NCBI RefSeq assembly: GCF_053238245.1
Contig: NZ_CP112988.1
Length of the DNA stretch: 32,000 nt
Reading direction: 5' to 3' (one strand)
The first letter of the stretch is position 1, and every line of letters begins with the position of its first letter. Under the pieces are notes generated by a model. It saw only the letters and a list, made by a program, of their open reading frames with translations. It did no database searches and was not told the DNA's origin. Of this stretch, positions 11,860 through 32,000 are shown in pieces. The position numbers and the translations under genes were made by a program.

Positions 11860-13017
11860 TTGAAACGTAGTCTGCTTTTTTCTGCCGTGCTGTGTGCGGC
11901 GTCATTGACCTCCGTCCATGCGGCGCAGCCGATCACTGAACCGGAGTTTGCCTCTGATATTGTCGATCGTTATGCCGATCATATTTTTTACGGCAGCGGT
12001 GCCACGGGGATGGCGCTGGTTGTTATCGACGGTAACCAGCGCGTCTTTCGTAGTTATGGCGAAACGCGACCTGGTAATAACGTTCGCCCGCAGCTGGATT
12101 CGGTCGTGCGTATTGCTTCCCTCACCAAACTAATGACCAGTGAAATGCTGGTGAAATTGCTCGACCAGGGGACCGTAAAGTTAAACGATCCGCTAAGTAA
12201 ATATGCTCCGCCAGGCGCACGCGTGCCGACCTACAATGGGACGCCCATTACCCTAGTGAATCTGGCAACCCATACCAGCGCCCTGCCCCGTGAACAGCCC
12301 GGTGGCGCGGCACATCGTCCGGTGTTTGTCTGGCCAACGCGCGAACAACGCTGGAAATACCTTTCTACGGCGAAGCTAAAAGCCGCGCCAGGCAGTCAGG
12401 CGGCGTACTCTAACCTTGCGTTCGACCTGCTGGCAGATGCACTGGCGAATGCGTCCGGCAAGCCTTATACCCAGTTGTTTGAAGAGCAGATTACCCGTCC
12501 ATTGGGGATGAAAGACACCACCTACACCCCCTCACCGGATCAGTGCCGCCGTTTAATGGTTGCTGAGCGCGGTGCCAGTCCGTGCAATAACACGCTGGCG
12601 GCAATTGGCAGCGGCGGCGTCTATTCCACGCCTGGCGATATGATGCGCTGGATGCAGCAGTATTTGTCATCTGATTTTTATCAGCGCAGTAACCAGGCAG
12701 ATCGCATGCAGACGTTGATTTATCAGCGCGCGCAGTTTACCAAAGTGATTGGCATGGATGTCCCCGGCAAAGCGGATGCGCTTGGTTTAGGCTGGGTATA
12801 TATGGCCCCGAAAGAGGGTCGTCCGGGGATTATTCAGAAGACAGGCGGTGGTGGCGGTTTCATTACCTATATGGCGATGATCCCGCAGAAGAATATTGGC
12901 GCGTTTGTGGTGGTCACTCGTTCGCCGTTGACGCGCTTTAAAAATATGAGCGATGGCATCAATGACCTGGTGACCGAGCTAAGCGGGAATAAACCGTTGG
13001 TTATCCCCGCATCCTGA
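11860..13017 (+). CDS. ampH: D-alanyl-D-alanine carboxypeptidase/endopeptidase AmpH (class C beta-lactamase-like PBP)
   Basis: 385 aa, TTG start, signal peptide, SxxK motif (ASLTK). Position matches ampH. Confidence 0.93.
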   Translation: MKRSLLFSAVLCAASLTSVHAAQPITEPEFASDIVDRYADHIFYGSGATGMALVVIDGNQRVFRSYGETRPGNNVRPQLDSVVRIASLTKLMTSEMLVKLLDQGTVKLNDPLSKYAPPGARVPTYNGTPITLVNLATHTSALPREQPGGAAHRPVFVWPTREQRWKYLSTAKLKAAPGSQAAYSNLAFDLLADALANASGKPYTQLFEEQITRPLGMKDTTYTPSPDQCRRLMVAERGASPCNNTLAAIGSGGVYSTPGDMMRWMQQYLSSDFYQRSNQADRMQTLIYQRAQFTKVIGMDVPGKADALGLGWVYMAPKEGRPGIIQKTGGGGGFITYMAMIPQKNIGAFVVVTRSPLTRFKNMSDGINDLVTELSGNKPLVIPAS

Positions 13018-15085
<2,068 letters not shown>

Positions 15086-15102
15086 AAATTCAATAATAAA
15101 AC

Positions 15103-15133
15103 AGCCAGTTATAAGGTAACTGGCTTTTATTTT
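15103..15133. terminator. bidirectional rho-independent terminator
   Basis: Stem AGCCAGTTA (15103-11) / TAACTGGCT (15117-25), loop TAAGG, with T-rich sequence on the plus strand and A-rich sequence upstream. Lies between convergent genes ending at 15085 (+) and 15154 (-). Confidence 0.75.
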
Positions 15134-15153
15134 GATGACTATGTTTATGTGAG

Positions 15154-16521
<1,368 letters not shown>

Positions 16522-16544
16522 GATAAACCTGTCAGGCAGTTGAG

Positions 16545-17520
<976 letters not shown>

Positions 17521-17537
17521 CTTGCGTCGCTCGTCTC

Positions 17538-17569
<32 letters not shown>

Positions 17570-17570
17570 A

Positions 17571-17604
<34 letters not shown>

Positions 17605-17605
17605 A

Positions 17606-17717
<112 letters not shown>

Positions 17718-17755
17718 AACTCATCACGTGCAGACAACATCATCAATAGCCCCTG

Positions 17756-22655
<4,900 letters not shown>

Positions 22656-22656
22656 A

Positions 22657-28835
<6,179 letters not shown>

Positions 28836-29358
28836 TTGTCATCCCTCCTCAGGGACGTAATAAGTTGATCCATCAATTATCAATGCATAGAAAACATATT
28901 ATGTTTCGCGCTAACGATTATGCTGCGTTACAGACGAATGGTTCAATTATTCTTTCCCCTAAGTCCGAATGTGGACATATATAATTTATGGAGAAAAACA
29001 CGCATCAAATTGATAAAAGGACGATATTTCAACATGTTGCAGATAATGTTATTTTTGATACATACGCGTTATAAATATCAAAAACACAAACCAGATAAAT
29101 ATCTTATCAATATACAACAAAGTTTGAATTATTCAATTTATAGCAGCACAACCAAAGGCCAAAAAATAATAACCAAGAGCTATAAATAAAGATTAAAAAT
29201 ATTTTCAGTGAATATGAAATTATTGCTATTTCTATTACAAAGATGTCCTGGTCTCTCTTTCATTCTCTTCTTGTCAACATCACGACAACTTTCGTAAAAC
29301 ACTCCTGCCCCGCTTCAGGTATACTGTGCACCTTAATTCCACAAACATCAGGCAGACC

Positions 29359-30333
29359 ATGACAGACTTAATCCAACGCCCTCGTCGCCTGCGCAAATCT
29401 CCTGCGCTGCGCGCTATGTTTGAAGAGACAACACTTAGCCTTAACGACCTGGTGTTGCCGATCTTTGTTGAAGAAGAAATTGACGACTACAAAGCCGTTG
29501 AAGCCATGCCAGGCGTGATGCGCATTCCAGAGAAACATCTGGCACGCGAAATTGAACGCATCGCCAACGCCGGTATCCGTTCCGTAATGACTTTTGGCAT
29601 CTCTCACCATACCGATGAAACCGGCAGCGACGCCTGGCGGGAAGATGGACTGGTGGCGCGTATGTCGCGCATCTGCAAGCAGACTGTGCCAGAAATGATC
29701 GTCATGTCAGACACTTGTTTCTGTGAATACACTTCTCACGGTCACTGCGGTGTGCTGTGCGAGCATGGCGTCGACAACGACGCGACTCTGGAAAATTTAG
29801 GCAAGCAAGCCGTGGTTGCAGCTGCTGCAGGCGCAGACTTCATCGCCCCTTCCGCCGCGATGGACGGCCAGGTACAGGCGATTCGTCAGGCGCTGGACGC
29901 TGCAGGCTTTAAAGATACGGCGATTATGTCGTATTCGACCAAGTTCGCCTCTTCCTTTTATGGTCCGTTCCGTGAAGCTGCCGGAAGCGCATTAAAAGGC
30001 GACCGCAAAAGCTATCAGATGAACCCAATGAACCGTCGCGAGGCGATTCGTGAATCACTGCTGGATGAAGCCCAGGGCGCAGACTGCCTGATGGTTAAAC
30101 CTGCTGGAGCATACCTCGACATCGTGCGTGAGCTGCGTGAACGTACTGAATTGCCGATTGGCGCGTATCAGGTGAGCGGTGAGTACGCGATGATTAAGTT
30201 CGCCGCGCTGGCGGGTGCTATAGATGAAGAGAAAGTCGTGCTCGAAAGCTTAGGTTCAATTAAGCGTGCGGGTGCGGATCTGATTTTCAGCTACTTTGCG
30301 CTGGATTTGGCTGAGAAGAAGATTCTGCGTTAA
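29359..30333 (+). CDS. hemB: porphobilinogen synthase (delta-aminolevulinate dehydratase)
   Basis: Start [18 protein letters not shown] gives 324 aa as K-12 HemB. The Cys-rich metal site [14 protein letters not shown] and the active-site Lys region are present. Confidence 0.95.
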
Positions 30334-30383
30334 TTTTTTTCCTCTCAGAAAGGGGGAGTTAACCTGTTGAAAGTACGGTGAAC

Positions 30384-30425
30384 GCCCCCTCACCCTAACC
30401 CTCTCCCCAAGGGGGCGAGGGAACC
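30384..30425. repeat. GC-rich imperfect palindrome (intergenic repeat / probable bidirectional terminator)
   Basis: GCCCCCTCACCCTAACCCTCTCCCC AAG GGGGCGAGGGAAC, with arms CCCTCTCCCC / GGGGCGAGGG. Lies between the convergent hemB and tauD and resembles a common E. coli intergenic repeat family. Confidence 0.55.
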
Positions 30426-30438
30426 GTCCGCACTCGTA

Positions 30439-31290
30439 TCACCCCGCCCGATAAAACGGTTTATCCCCAAGAATCGTCGCCCGATGCATAATCCGCCGCT
30501 GTGGCAGGTAATCGGCATTGGCATAGTGCTGAGTCACGCGGTTATCCCAAATCGCAATATCATTCGGTTGCCAGCGCCAACGCACCTGAAACTCCGGTTT
30601 AGTGATATGGGCGAATAAAAAGCCTAACAAGGCTTCGCTCTCTTTCTCGCTGACATCGACAATTCGCGTAGTAAAGCCTTCATTCACAAACAGCGCCTGT
30701 TTACCGCTCACCGGATGCGTTCGCACCACCGGATGTAGCAACGGAGGATTTTTCGCGACCGCCTCGCGCCAGCGTTGATGTTCCTCCTCGGTTTTGCGGT
30801 ATTTGTATTCCGGGAACGATTTACGGAAATCATGCTCCGCACGCAGCCCGCTCAGCAGCTGGCGGAAGGGAACAGAGAGCGCCTCATAGGCCGCAATACC
30901 GCTGGTCCAGAGCGTATCACCGCCGGTCGAAGGTAACTCTTTAGCTGCCAGAATCGCCCCTGCGGGTGGCGTTTCAATAAATGTCACATCGGTATGCCAG
31001 TTGTCGTTATCCGGCGGATTATCGTTATGGGTATCCAGCACGATGATCTCGTCAACCCCTTCGGCATGAGGGTAAACAGGGTGAATATGCAGTTCGCCAA
31101 AACGCTGGGCCAGCGCGCGTTGCTGCTGCGGCGTAATAGTTTGATCGCGCAGAAACACCACCTGATGGCGCAGCACCGCATGGTAAAGCTGTTCAAACTG
31201 ATTATCGCTTAACGGGCGCGTCAGGTCGGCACCCGAAATTTGTGCGCCGATATACGGCCCCAGCGGGGTAATGCTCAGACGTTCACTCAT
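30439..31290 (-). CDS. tauD: taurine dioxygenase (alpha-ketoglutarate dependent)
   Basis: 283 aa with the HxD iron ligands in WHTDVTF. Overlaps the tauC stop (ATGA-type junction) as in the tauABCD operon. Confidence 0.95.
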   Translation of the reverse strand: MSERLSITPLGPYIGAQISGADLTRPLSDNQFEQLYHAVLRHQVVFLRDQTITPQQQRALAQRFGELHIHPVYPHAEGVDEIIVLDTHNDNPPDNDNWHTDVTFIETPPAGAILAAKELPSTGGDTLWTSGIAAYEALSVPFRQLLSGLRAEHDFRKSFPEYKYRKTEEEHQRWREAVAKNPPLLHPVVRTHPVSGKQALFVNEGFTTRIVDVSEKESEALLGFLFAHITKPEFQVRWRWQPNDIAIWDNRVTQHYANADYLPQRRIMHRATILGDKPFYRAG

Positions 31291-32000
31291 TGTACTTCTC
31301 CATGCCAGGGCGTCAGACGGCGCTGTAACGCGCGCAAACCTAGTTCTAAAAGAAAGGCGATAATCGCAATCACCGCGATTCCCGCCAGCACCACGTCAGT
31401 CGCGAGAAATTCACCCGCTGACTGAACCATAAATCCTAAACCGCGCGTCGCGGCAATCAGCTCCGCCGCTACCAGCGTAGACCAGCCCACACCCAGACCA
31501 ATGCGTAATCCGGTGAGGATTTCCGGCAGCGCGCCGGGCAAAATGACAAACCACAGCACCTGCGCACGGCTGGCACCCAGCGACTGGGCGGCACGAATGC
31601 GAACCTGCTGCGCGCTTTTCACCCCCGCCAGCGCCGACATCGCCACCGGTGCAAAAATCGCTAAATAGATCAGTAAGATCTTCGAGGTTTCACCAATACC
31701 AAACCAGATCACCATCAGCGGCAAATAAGCCAGCGGCGGCACGGGACGATAAAGTTCGATTACCGGATCCAGAATGCCGCGCACCGTCGGGCTTAGCCCC
31801 ATGGCGATCCCGACCGGAATACCGATCACCACCGCCGCGAGTAGCGCCAGCACAATGCGCGTCAGGCTGGCTGCCAGATGCTGCCACAGCGTGGCGTCCA
31901 TAAATCCCTGCGGTCCGGCAATGGTGAGCAGTTTTGCCAGTACTTGTTGCGGCGGCGGCAAAAACAGCGGGCTAATCAGTTGCAGCGCCGCCACCGTCCA
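31287..32000 (-). CDS. tauC: taurine ABC transporter permease (5' end outside the window)
   Basis: Polytopic permease with an EAA-like loop ([20 protein letters not shown]). The ORF runs off the window end. Confidence 0.9.
   Translation of the reverse strand, partial: WTVAALQLISPLFLPPPQQVLAKLLTIAGPQGFMDATLWQHLAASLTRIVLALLAAVVIGIPVGIAMGLSPTVRGILDPVIELYRPVPPLAYLPLMVIWFGIGETSKILLIYLAIFAPVAMSALAGVKSAQQVRIRAAQSLGASRAQVLWFVILPGALPEILTGLRIGLGVGWSTLVAAELIAATRGLGFMVQSAGEFLATDVVLAGIAVIAIIAFLLELGLRALQRRLTPWHGEVQ

Noticed and set aside
28836-29358. ORFs 28793-28984 and 28920-29189 in the AT-rich yaiT-hemB intergenic region.
   Set aside because: This is a divergent promoter region. The products are low-complexity Lys/Ile/Tyr-rich, with no RBS or conservation signal.

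Overview
This is an Escherichia coli chromosomal segment. Gene content and order match the K-12 map region tauC-tauD-hemB-yaiT-yaiV-ampH-sbmA-yaiW-yaiY-yaiZ-ddlA-iraP-phoA-psiF-adrA-proC-yaiI-aroL-yaiA-aroM, read here in reverse orientation. These calls rest on ORF lengths, motifs and synteny recalled from memory. The only accessory DNA is a 12.1-kb insertion (about 14109-26210) that splits the autotransporter gene yaiT in frame. The insertion is a filamentous (Inovirus-like) prophage. Its genes are tightly packed on the minus strand: rolling-circle Rep, a putative ssDNA-binding protein, small coat proteins, the major coat protein, a pIII-like adsorption protein, pVI, a pI/Zot ATPase and a pIV secretin. 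The first gene of this block is an IS110-family DEDD/serine recombinase whose stop codon lies 2 nt from the Rep start codon. The 179-nt non-coding leader upstream of the recombinase (26032-26210, minus strand) looks like an IS621-type bridge RNA. Short segments of it match, in the expected order and polarity, both sides of the yaiT target around a CT core and both termini of the whole 12.1-kb element. Both junctions carry the CT core dinucleotide, and removing the element restores an uninterrupted yaiT frame. I therefore read this as a complete inovirus that uses a bridge-RNA-guided IS110 recombinase as its integration module. The dsDNA replicative form would play the role of the IS circle. 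Other unusual cargo:
- a TraX-like acyltransferase between gI and gIV
- a GC-rich intergenic region with three tandem 339-bp repeats, each containing a segment that resembles the ColE1/pMB1 primosome-assembly region
- a very AT-rich opposite-strand module of duplicated, secreted, Lys/Glu/Ala-rich (TolA-domain-II-like) small proteins
- a possible frameshift at a T5A5 run in the pVI homologue
Nothing was searched against any database. All homology statements come from motif recognition and memory and need confirmation.
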